The translations under genes and the position numbers were made by a program. DNA of 64,000 nucleotides from Eledone cirrhosa (Eukaryota): contig CAXHJY010000886.1 in NCBI GenBank assembly GCA_964016885.1, positions 19,235-83,234 on the forward strand, written 5' to 3'. The notes below the pieces were generated by a model, which saw only the letters and a list, made by a program, of their open reading frames with translations, was not told the DNA's origin and ran no database searches. Below are positions 1 to 12,667 of the stretch, piece by piece; the first letter of the stretch is position 1, and each line of letters starts with the position of its first letter.

Positions 1-614
1 TCAACATCATACATACATACATACATACATACATACATACATACATACATACAGTATAAGGGTGAATTTTATGACACCAGGACTAAATTTATTATCAAAT
101 TCACAGCCACAGACTGAACAGTCCTATCCGCCTTTGACAGAGTACCATGATCTGCTGTATGGCAGTTCGTAAGAAAACTTGGATTAGATAAATAGCTTGT
201 GAAAAGAGTTAAGTCAAGTAAAGAAGTGCAGTTTGCAAAGTGATAGTAAGCAATGAGGTTAGTGATGAATTCAATGTACAGGTAGCTGTTCATTAAGGCT
301 TGCCTGTCGGTCCACTCCCTCTTACTTGTCTCAAAGGCCCTGGAAAGGATCATATCAACTACACTTCCCTCACTAATTTAAAAAAAAAAAAATTAAATGT
401 GCCAGAATGGTCTTATGGAAGAATTTAGAAGAATCCTTATAAAAGCATATATTACTATATATTAAAAAAGTTAGCTGAATTTGAAATAGGTTGTGAAAAC
501 ATGTCTTTCATACTGCACATGGATACCTATTCAAAAGACCTGTAGCTGAAGCAAAAAGAATTCATTTTATGCTCTGATGCACTCAATAGATTCTCCATTA
601 ATCTATAATGTTAC

Positions 615-624
615 CTTTGACTAG
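615..624 (-). CDS. DUOX: Putative 10-nt DUOX micro-exon (LVK)
   Basis: cctttcacattttcag acceptor, AAG/GTAACA donor; in the chain it is open only if the 2812 exon is included. Confidence 0.35.
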
Positions 625-3600
625 CTGAAAATGTGAAAGGAATGACATATAGTCAATTGATGAATTGACTTCAGTATATTAGTTAAAAATTTAAAGTCTG
701 TCTCAAACCCCGAGGCTCATCATGCTAGTGCTTATAGTGGTTTCCTTGGTGTTTAGAGAGTACATGACACCCCATGGACAAGACACTAGTCCATTACATG
801 GTTAACTTCCCAGTTACTGCTGGTACTCATTTTTAGTTGAGTATACTGGAGCAAGGTGAAATGAAATATTTTGATCAAGAACACAACATATCGCCCTGTC
901 CAGGAATCGAACCTATGACATGGTAATGGTAGGTCTAACACTAACCACTGATTTAATTTACCCTCTATAGAAGTGTAAAAAAGTGAAGTACAGCATAATT
1001 TGAACACCTTTAATCCATTGTATCATTGTTTCTACCAACTTATTGCTCACAATTTAATTCATTGTATCATTGTTTATATTGACTTATTATTCATATAATT
1101 TAGGATGATGAACAATAATATATATTTATATATATATATATATTATTACTGTACCGATTGTGTTGTTATTACTGTACCGATTGTGTTGTTATTACTGTAC
1201 CGATTGTGTTGTTATTACTGTACCGATTGTGTTGTTATTTCTGTTTACCTTTTACAAACATGGTGTTAGGAAGGGCATCCAGCTGTAGAAAACCCGCCAG
1301 ACAGTCCTATGCGAGCAAGACAACCACTCTTGCCTCAAGTGGGAAAACTCTCATCCAAACCCATGCAAGCGTGGAACATGGACGTTAAACGATGATGATG
1401 ATGATGATGATACATATATATATTCACTATCCAATGAATTTCCAACCGATAAGGTATGATTTTCATGGGTACGTCTATTTATAAAACAAACTTTGTATTT
1501 TATCTGATGAAAGCGTATCAATGTTGTCTTGGTTACCCTTGAAATATATATAATAAAATAAATATGGCTTTATAAATATAGTTTCCATTTATTTAATATC
1601 ATTGTGTGTATATATATATAATAGCATAAATGAATAACAGATTTTTTTTCTTTCTTTTATTTGCTTCTCATTGGACTGTGGCTGTGTTTGGGTACCCACC
1701 TTTGAGGGATTTATCTCAATCAAATGACAAAGTTTTACCTTTAGTTTAAAGTGGCAATATACACACATAAGTTTCTGTATACAAATTTCACTTACAAGTT
1801 ATTGGTGAACCTGAGAATACTATGTGATTAAAAGATTAAAATTGGAACCACATGGCTGCAAAGTAAACTAATTAACCTCATGGTTTTGTATTACAGCACG
1901 CGTTAGATACAACAAATTGAAAACTAAATCTGAAAGTACTTAAAGGGATATAATACCACCATCATCATCGTATAATGCCCATTTTTCATGCATGTCACAT
2001 TAAGAGATGGGTTGTCACATGAGACAAGTCAGGTCCAAAGACCATGTCTTGTTCATATGGACCTGTATTTTGGCTTGATTTCTACAGCTGGATGCTGTTC
2101 CTAACACCAATCACATTACAATGTAGATTGGGTGTTTTTTTTTTATCATGGCACCGAAATTACCAAATTAGAGGGTGAATTGGGCACTTTTTGTCGTGTC
2201 ACCAACACAACTACTTTACAGTGTGGACTGAGTGCTTTTTGTTGTGTCATCTTCACAATCATCTTCATAGAGCAAATGCCAGGTAACAACAATCACACCA
2301 GCTACCACCGAAAGAAAGAAAAAGAACGGCAGGTCTTTCTGAAGAAAGAAATGAAATAGCAAAAAAAACTTGAAAAGGAGACTAAACAACACTAGTATAA
2401 CTTTACTTGACTTTCTATCATCCAAATTTTGTTTGAACCACTTTCAAATTTAGACATAGTTCAATAACAAAAGAACAAATTTATATTGCATTGTTCATGC
2501 CATAGAGCAGCAAATTGGCAGAGTTGATAGATCATTGGGCGAGATGCCTGGCAGTACTTGCTATAGCTATTTGCATTCGGAATTCAAATTCTCCACCTTA
2601 CTGGAAACTCATTAATAGTAGGGTTGTTTCTAAGAACTGACATTGAGTTGAATGTAAATAGAAACACACTACTTATGAAACTCCAATGAACTCACAAAAC
2701 TAATGTGACATGAGTTCATAAGATCTCTGTAGCTGGAGAGTGGAGCAAAATTATCTTATCTCTCACTCTCACTTTATATCTAAAATTAAAGCTAAGCCTT
2801 TAGAAGCTTACTCTAGTGTAATCAAACTGGGATAGAGGAAAACTACAAAAAAAGTTATCTATTTTCCACAACAACAATGGATCCATACAATAGTGGACTA
2901 TTTCAAAGAGATTAAAAACAAAAACAAAAATAATGACTTACATTCGCTTTCCTGGAAAACACTCCTTGGGTGCTGTAAATATACAAATATCACATAATAG
3001 GAATTATAGGTGAGTATTTTGTAGAGGAGAGGTATTATAGCTAATTGAATTAGTTCTGATACACCCTAGTTGACAGCGTAATATATTGTTGGTGTTTGGT
3101 CTGAAGACGATGAGCTGTTTTATAGCACTCTAAAGCACAGAATATCTACTAAGACAAATTTAATAATAACATGCTTATTATTTTGTATTGTAATTTGAGA
3201 AGAATAGCATCATTTGTTACATCACTTGTTACTGGCAAATCACTGTTTCATTGCATTTCTAATGGCATAAAGTGACAAAAGATTAAAATAGTGAAGAACA
3301 AATATCTCAACATTCTTTAGTTTTCTTTCCAATATAAACACCAATAAAATATATACACATATGCCAATAAAAGGGTCTCGCTAGTGTTGGTGATCTACAC
3401 AATAAACGCTCCCCATTCTGTAAAGCTGTTAGTGATATGAATAACACCCAGTCATAGTAAACCTACCAAACAAAGAGAAGGACTCTTCAGCTGTGTCAAA
3501 AGACATGACGATCTCCCTATTGTTGGTGTCACAATAAAATGCACTTGCTAGAGCATGGCAATGTACACGGGCAAAATGCACACTACCCCCACCCCCAGCT

Positions 3601-6600
3601 CATCAAACCACTCAGAGTGCAGTGTTGTATTTACTGAGATACAGGCCTCCAGCCCATCTGAAAGATCAGTAATTCTGCTTGAGTACTTAGTTTGTGATAA
3701 CCCATCTAACCTTTGCTATCAGAGAAAACACATTGAATGACAATGATGCTACATATATCAAGAGCTTCTGTATAATTTCCACTGACTAAATTATAGTATA
3801 AGATGACAGCAGACACTTGTCCAAGATGCAGTGAGATTTATCTGGAACCACGTAGCTGTGAAATGAACTTAACTACAAAGATATACCAGAAGTACCCATA
3901 AAAGAAAAGACTTATCTGAAGATAAAATCATAAAAATCTTTGTTCTAACAAACATACAAATTCATAAATACTTTACTTCAAAATAAAATTCAATTTAAAT
4001 ACTTACCTTTCCATTCAATTGAAAGGTTGCACATTTTACCCATTTGAGGAGCTATTATATTACAAAATTCTTCAAAGTTTATGTAATTTTTATCTTCACT
4101 CCCAGTCTGTTTGATAAAAGAACTTACTAAAGCATCAATCTCCACATCGTTGACATTACATTTTCCCATATCCAATAGAGTCCTGGGGATATAAAAAAAA
4201 ACAAAAAAACTATGTTTAGAAGCAGTTACAATTTTTAGAGTGTAAATTTTATTGAATTTTAACCTTGAAAGAATGTACCACAAAATGCAGAAGAATTTGA
4301 GTATCGTAACTTATGGTGCCATATCAACCAATATGTCAGTGTGTAACATGCCACAAATTTCACAATGTGTCTGTGGCCAAAATACAGTTAAGAATCTAAT
4401 TTTCCTAGCTAGATTATAGGACATTGGTGGTGTTTGGTCTCTGGCGAAAATTATGATCAAAGGCATACATACCCCTTTCATCATACTGTCTCTATGGAAT
4501 TATATTATTTAATATAGTCTTTCTTTTTTAAGGGAATAGAGGTAAATATTTTCAGCAAAACAAACAACTATATAAAAAATGTATTATTGGTTCATACATG
4601 ATGCTGTTTTTATCTTTAGGTTAGTCCTGATTGAGAAGACATTCTGTCCTTGTATATTTGGGACTATATAATCTTATGTGCACTCCTATTATTTTAAGAC
4701 AATTGGCTATTATTTGAGGGAAATTTTGCTGTTTATAGTTGACAGACAAGCAGATAGAAACATACATGTACAACAACATACCAGCACAGAAACACACTAA
4801 ACAGAAAGACAGAAACACATAAAACTTCCACACAATTTCCACCTACCAAATTCTGCTCATAAGTCAACTCAAATCAAATGGTATATGATACTTACTCAAG
4901 ATGCCACACAGTGAGCCTTAACTCAAACCATATGGTTAAAAAGCAAAATTCTTGACCACATGATAATGCCTAAGGCTATATACTATATATAGGCAGTAGA
5001 CTAGCAGAGTTGTTATAGCATCAAATAGAATATCTTGTATTAGTTCTGGCTTTCTGCACTCTGAATTCAAATCCCTCCATGGTTAACTTTGCCTTTCATT
5101 TTTTGGGGGTTAATAAACTAAAGTACTAATGCAAGGTGGTGGAATTGGTAGAGCATTGAATGAGACACATTGTAGTTTTTATTCTATCATTTTGCATCCA
5201 TCATCATCATCACCGTTTAACATCCATTTTTTTCATGCTAGCATAGGTTAGATGAGTTGTTCTGTTGTGAGAAATGCTGGGTCAAGTGACCATGTCTTGC
5301 TCATACAAAACTGATTTTGGCTTGGTTTCTACAGCTGGATGCCCTTCCTAATGCCAACCACATTTACAATGTGTACTGGGTGCTTGTGACACCTACACAA
5401 CCACTTTACAGTGTGGACTGGGTGTTTTTTTTTGTGTTGCCATCACAACCACTTTATAGTGTGGGCTGAGGACATTGGTGGGAGAGATGTGTGAGAGTTG
5501 GGGAGGTGGGTATTTGGGCATGTGTGAGGGGCAGAGTGTTAGGATGTGAGTGGAAGGAGGTGGGGTGGTGTACACTAGTTGTATGCTTCAGCCAGTACTC
5601 ATGGAAGGTGGGTCTTATGTATTACTGCATAATGCCAAAGATCTTGGTCCTGCGCCATCGCCTTTGAGAGGTGCAATTGAGCAAGTTCAGCTTTTATCAT
5701 CTCATCCCATGTCTTCCTGGGTCTTCCCACTCCATGGTTTCCATCAACTTTCAATGCTCAGCACCTTTTTCTACAGCTGTCATGCTTCATACACACCACA
5801 TGTCCATACCACCGTAATCTCCTCTCTTGCACACAGCATTTTATTCCTCTTATGCTTAGTCTCTTTCTCTCTCTGTTTATTTATGCTTTGCAATTCAATT
5901 AAATTACTATTACACATCCATCAGAGCATACAAGCTTCATTTCTTTCCAATCTACACATCTTCTGCACACAGCACCCAGGTCACACTACCATGCAATATT
6001 GTTGTTCATATGCACATATCATACAATCTGCCTTTCAATTTGAGGGAAAAGCCTTTTGTAACTAGCAGTGGTGGTAGCTCCCTGAACTTCTTCCATCCCA
6101 TTATCGCTCTGGCTACTGTACTTTCTGAACACCCACCTCTGCTGTTAATTTGGTCACCCAGGTAGCAGAAGCTGTACTGCTTCTACTGAACCTTCCTAGA
6201 ATTTGATAGCGCTTGTTTCCTGTGGTAATTTGCTGCTTACTGCTCTGGTGCAATGGCTACATGAAAAACCTACATTCTTAGCTAGACTACCCAAGATCCC
6301 ATTACATATGAGATCAAATTTCACACAGATTCAAATCCCATGGATGGCTAGGTTGATCACATGACCCTGGGACTACAACTGATTATGAAAGCTGCAATGG
6401 GTGGAGGAGGATTAAGGTTGTTTGTTACAGCTGTAATTGTCGATTATATACTGTACAATGGAGAAAGGAATAATATCTTACTTGAACATTACCAAAAGTT
6501 CAGATCTGTCTAAAGTTTCACTAGAATCCACATCATACATGCGAAATAACATCTTTAACTTGTCTGTTGCTGTCCCTGTAAAAGTAAATGTCGAGATTAG

Positions 6601-9600
6601 CTTAGAAAAACAATGAAGTAGGCACGTATGATGTTAGAAGACAAATAAATTATAAGCAACAAAAGTAAAAACCTATTAAGTCAACAAATTTGTGGAGAAG
6701 AACAACAAAATTCTATTGGAGAAAATATGAGAGTATATATTATCAAATGATGCAGCGAATTGGCAGTCATTAGAATATTGAATAGCATGTTTTATGGTAT
6801 TCATTCTGACTTTCTGCACTCTTCAAGTTCAAATACCACCAAAGTCAAATTTGTCTTTCATACTTTTGAGGTCAATAAAAAAAAGTACCAGTCCAGTACT
6901 GGGTCAATTCTTCCTCTATATCTCTTTTTCACTTCCTCTCTTACTTTCTCTCCTTCTAGGAAAAAGAAAATTGGCTGTATCCGACCAACAGATGGGATTG
7001 GCACCCCTATGACGTTATGGGTCATACACATATATAAATATATATTATCAAACTAGCATGGTAAAGAATGGTAAAACAAAAGTGTACAAGGCTATGTAGT
7101 TTCTGGCTTGGATTGATTAACAAGTGTACAAAGTCACATTAGTCTTAATATAAACTTTGGTAATCATGCTAAGGTCAATTTTTACCTTTCAACCTTTCTG
7201 GGTCAATATTATAATGTACAAGTTAGGTTCTAGGGTTGATTTAATCAATGTTCCCTTCCCCCAGATTTGCAGGCCTTGTGCCTAAATTAAAAATCAATAT
7301 TAAGTGCAGTAAATTGTGTCTTTAGAGTTAAATTGGTCAACTTCACACAGGCAAACTTATGGTGGCAAGGTAAATGAACAATCATTTTATCAGTACTGAC
7401 TGGCAATTCTATTCCATACTGCAAATATATCTTAAGATTAAGGATTTTAAAATTATGTTTCCTTTTCATTGAATGGAATTTAACTGCTATATAAGGTTTG
7501 TTAGTAAAAGGTTTGTTAGTAAAAGGTTTGTTAGTAAAAGGTTTGTTAGTAAAAGGTTTGTTAGTAAAAGGTTTGTTAGTAAAAGGTTTGTTAGTAAAAG
7601 GTTTGTTAGTAAAAGGTTTGTTAGTAAAAGGTTTGTTAGTAAAAGGTTTGTTAGTAAAAGGTTTGTTAGTAAAAGGTTTGTTAGTAAAAGGTTTGTTAGT
7701 AAAAGGTTTGTTAGTAAAAGGTTTGTTAGTAAAAGGTTTGTTAGTAAAAGGTTTGTTAGTAAAAGGTTTGTTAGTAAAAGGTTTGTTAGTATAAGGTTTG
7801 TTAGTATAAGGTTTGTTAGTATAAGGTTTGTTAGTATAAGGTTTGTTAGTATAAGGTTTGTTAGTATAAGGTTTGTTAGTATAAGGTTTGTTAGTATAAG
7901 GTTTGTTAGTATAAGGTTTGTTAGTATAAGGTTTGTTAGTATAAGGTTTATCACTATTTGAATATATTCACATCCAGTTTACTCCCAGGCTTCTCATCAA
8001 TTACTAACAACTTTCTATAACAATGTAAAATACAAATATCTTTGATGTTTCATACTATTTTCATCCAGAATAACTACAGACTTCATTGAGACTAGTTTCA
8101 TTAAACCTTTCCATACCAAACCACTCAAAACTGCCCCTGCTTTAGTTCTACAAATCTGCTCCTTTTAAAGTGTTCATACCTGTAATGAACCCTTCATGTT
8201 AGAACTTTTGCTAAGTAGTAATGCTCCAAACATTAATTTAATAATGGAAAAAGTTTTTTTTTTTAAATGACTCCAAATACTTGATTATTTTCAAAATTAC
8301 CTGAAAACATATAGATAGTGTATCTCATTAGAAATATGGTAACAAAAGGGTTAAACTGATATGGGAGAAAGGAATTTACAGTTGACTTACCCTTTGTAAA
8401 TAATGCAACAATGTTAAAAAAATCACGGAAGGAAATATAATTTTTCTTTCCAGTGTCAGCAAGACTAAACATTCGTTCAACAAATTCTGAATCAGTTTTC
8501 ATGGCTAAAGCTTCTGCAAATTCAGCCTAAAATTGAAATATAAAAAAAACAACAAAAAAAAACAAGTAGTTTCATTTGAGTATTACAAGTTTCATTGGAT
8601 AATGAAAGATGTTTATGGTGAAAACAGAAAAAAAGATGTTTATGGCTGTAATGCTGCTGATCATAGGTCTACTTGACCAGCACAAAACTAAGACTCAACA
8701 ACAACCTCATTTGTCTGGGGTAGAATGATTTGACCCTTTTGATACCAAACTCACTAAAACTGCCCTTAGTTCTATGAAACAGGATAGTTTAGTTAGTTTA
8801 AAGTATTCATAGTTATCTAAAAACCTTTCATTGTAATTTATGTAAGAACCTTTAATATGAAAATAAGAAAATTATATTAAATATTTCCAAATTCTTTATT
8901 TTCAAAATTATCTGAAAATTATGAGTAGTGTTTTCTATAAAAAATATGGTAACGAAATGTTTAAGATTTGTGAACCCATTACCACTTGTTTTGACTAAAA
9001 ACAAACCATCTACAACACCAATAACTAACAGATAATTAACCATTCCTCTCCTTTTGATAGCCAAAATGAGTTTATAAGGATAAGCTGTTAAGCCTATAAT
9101 CTGGCAAGCATTGAAAAATGCTGTGCTTTGCTTAAAAAGTGTAATAAAAACAAAATATTTTTAAGTTTCCACTGTAATTGCCAAAAATTATAGCTTAGCA
9201 CTTACAAATGTCAAGAGTTTAATTCTTACTCGAGTGCTTGGTCATTTTTCTCAGGTGGCAGACTTATTTTGTCACCCAATTAAATACCACTATATGGCCT
9301 TTGAGTGACTTTAGCAGAGTTTATTCTCTATGGTTCAAGGATAACTTACTCTTTCCCTGCAACCAATCTCAGAAGATCTGAAAAATTAAGAGTCATAGGC
9401 ATCCCCCCTAATACCCCACATCCTGGCTAGTCTTCAAGCTAATGTTCTTTTTATTTTCTCACTGCATGCATAATTCAGGTTTTTATTAAAATTGTAAATG
9501 AAATAAAACATACATACTTTTGACATCTCAAAGTTGAGCATGTCAGAGTTATCCATTTGTTTTTTATCCAAATTGGGATCATAATCTAAATGAAATGCCT

Positions 9601-12600
9601 GAAAAATAAAAAATAAAAATTAAAGTTAAAAATTACTCTTTAAAAACATTTTCCTAATGTGATCTAATTCTAAATAAGTGGTTGATAATAGGAAGGGTAT
9701 TCTGCAGTAGAAACTATGTCAAAACCAGAATGTATGTATGTAAATGTGATGTGCTTGATATATGGAACTGAACCACAGAACATCCAGTCCAAACTAAAGA
9801 GGTCGTGTAGGTATCACAACAAAAAAGCACCCAGTCCACATTGTAAAGTGGTTGTGTAGGTATCACAACAAAAAAGCACCCAGTCCACATTGTAAAGTGG
9901 TCGTGTAGGTATCACAACAAAAAAGCACCCAGTCCACATTGTAAAGTGGTCGTGTAGGTATCATGACAAAAAAGCACCCAGTCCACATTGTAAAGTGGTC
10001 GTGTAGGTATCACAACAAAAAAGCACCCAGTCCACATTGTAAAGTGGTCGTGTAGGTATCACAACAAAAAAGCACCCAGTCCACATTGTAAAGTGGTTGT
10101 GTAGGTATCACAACAAAAAAGCACCCAGTCCACATTGTAAAGTGGTTGTGTAGGTATCACAACAAAAAAGCACCCAGTCCACATTGTAAAGTGGTCGTGT
10201 AGGTATCATGACAAAAAAGCACCCAGTCCACATTGTAAAGTGGTCGTGTAGGTATCACAACAAAAAAGCACCCAGTCCACATTGTAAAGTGGTTGTGTAG
10301 GTATCACAACAAAAAAGCACCCAGTCCACATTGTAAAGTGGTCGTGTAGGTATCATGACAAAAAAGCACCCAGTCCACATTGTAAAGTGGTCGTGTAGGT
10401 ATCACGACAAAAAAGCACCCAGTCCACATTGTAAAGTGGTCGTGTAGGTATCATGACAAAAAAAAGCACCCAGTCCACATTGTAAAGTGGTCGTGTAGGT
10501 ATCATGACAAAAAAAAGCACCCAGTCCACATTGTAAAGTGGTCGTGTAGGTATCATGACACAAAAAAGCACCCAGTCCACACTGTAAATGTGGTTGGTGT
10601 TAGGAAGGGCATCCAGCCGTAACAAACCTGCCAGATACAGTCCTATATGAGCGAGATACGGTCACCTGATCAATCTTGCCTCAAGTGGGACAATTCCCAT
10701 CTAACCCATGCTAGCGTGGAAGATAGACGTTAAACGATGATGATGAACCACCTTGGTTAATTCATCTCCAGTTTATTATGGAACAGATATTATCCAGCAA
10801 TTATCCCAGTGCATTACTGGTACTTTATTTTATCGACTCCGTAAGGATGAAAGGCAAAGTGAACCTCGGTGGAATTTGAACTCAGACCGTAAAGGGACGT
10901 AACTCCTGCAAAGCATGGTGTCCAACTTTCTACCAATACTGCCAATCCACCTCCCATGGAACAGATAAATAAGGGGTAGATGATTAAACTAAAATTTCTA
11001 ACCTCAGAAAAAACATTTTTTAGGAATTTCTCCAAAAGCTTATTTCTCTTTTTCCTCGTAATAGCTGATGACAATAATTCTTTCTGCTTCATATAGTGCC
11101 AGGTGACTTTTTTCCCATTGTTTTTTACATCTATGTCTATTTCTTCTGAAAAGCTTAAACGGTCTTGTTCAGTTTTAAATTGGAGAATCTGAAAAAGAAA
11201 AAATTATGACTTACATACATTTTATATTTTATTTTTGTTTTTGTTTTTTTAAAAAGGTGCTAGGTCCTATTGGTATTAATATGGTTGGATGTCTAGATGA
11301 ACCATTTAGTAAACACCTAGCACAAAGATCAATGCTATTAGAATATACAGTAACTCCATCTATTTCTGACAAATTAAGGCTCACAAATACTATAATATAA
11401 AGGCTGTGTGGAACTCAGGCATTGAGTTGAGTTTTGGAGCCTATTTTGGTATTACGTCTACTCAAATTCCTTGTTAATAACATTAAAAATATTTGAATAA
11501 TGAAACTTTCAAGGTTTTTAACATACAATTTAACTGCATTGTCCAGTGGTGTTTTGATAATATAAAACCAATATATTCTTTTTGGCTAAAACAGAATTCC
11601 TATGATTATTTCCTATAGTCGATAAAATAAAGTACCAGTAATGCACTGGGTATTTGCTGACCTTGTGCCAAAAGGAGAAACAATTATTTCCTATAGTAAC
11701 AAACTGAGGTATATCTCTAAAGTGTCAAAGAATGTCAATAATGTACTATTTTATACTGACAAGGCAGCAAACTGACAGGGGTTTTAGAGTATTGCTATAT
11801 TTGGAACAGATCTCTGAACTCTGAATTCAAATCCTGTTGTGGTCAACTTCGCTTTTCATCCTATGTTGGGGCCAATAAATCAAGTACTAGTCCAAAGCAG
11901 TGGATTGGCAAAAATGTTAGGGTATTGACAGTATACCTCCATGCATCTGTCCCAGCTGTGTATGTTCTGAGTTCAAATTCAACCTTCTGTCATCAGAAAA
12001 ATGATAACATGTTAAAACTGGGCCACTATCATTAAAACACCCCCAAATTCCCTTTGAGATGTAACCTCATAGGAGGCTGATGAGATCTGCACAGGTGTAA
12101 GCCATGTGTGTGGAAGTCCATTGTATGTCTTCATACATATCTTTATATTAATACTACTTAAACAATTGATTCTGTTTGTTTATATTTTGCAGTTTAGCAA
12201 GTAAATATCAGTGGAATAAGTACCATATTTTAAAACAGACTCAATTGGCATCAGAATAAGCACCAGAGTGTAGAATACTGCATCAAAATTATCTCGTCTA
12301 ACCCATACCAACAAGAAAAATGTGGATATGATAATGATCATACAAAATTTTTATACAGTGAAAGTAAAAATAATTTAAATTACTTACTAAATCATATGAT
12401 CTTGGTACTTTGATGAGAAGAAATGTACAGCCACCATTGACTGACAGAGCTATTTCAATCTCATCTGAGTCTTGAAGGCAGAGAGATCGTATTTTTTTAC
12501 CATTTTCATGTATGTCTAGTGTTGAATATTCCCTGAATGAAATTTCCAATGTGCTTGAAGAATCTGGGTATTCAATCCATTCCAAAACTATTTAAAATGA

Positions 12601-12609
12601 AATATAAAT

Positions 12610-12667
<58 letters not shown>

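Noticed and set aside
69-353. 94-aa ORF as a gene or DUOX exon
   Set aside because: No DUOX similarity; faint RT-like remnants (SRAFE, FLTN) suggest a decayed LINE, too weak to call
3065-3130. Extra DUOX exon
   Set aside because: Acceptor-like site but weak donor; resembles a dispersed repeat (ggtgtttggtct also near 4430)
7473-7961. Repetitive ORFs (KRFVS)n, (TNLLL)n
   Set aside because: By-products of a 15-bp intronic minisatellite
9801-10590. CRISPR-like regular array
   Set aside because: No unique spacers, eukaryotic context, and the unit derives from a SINE
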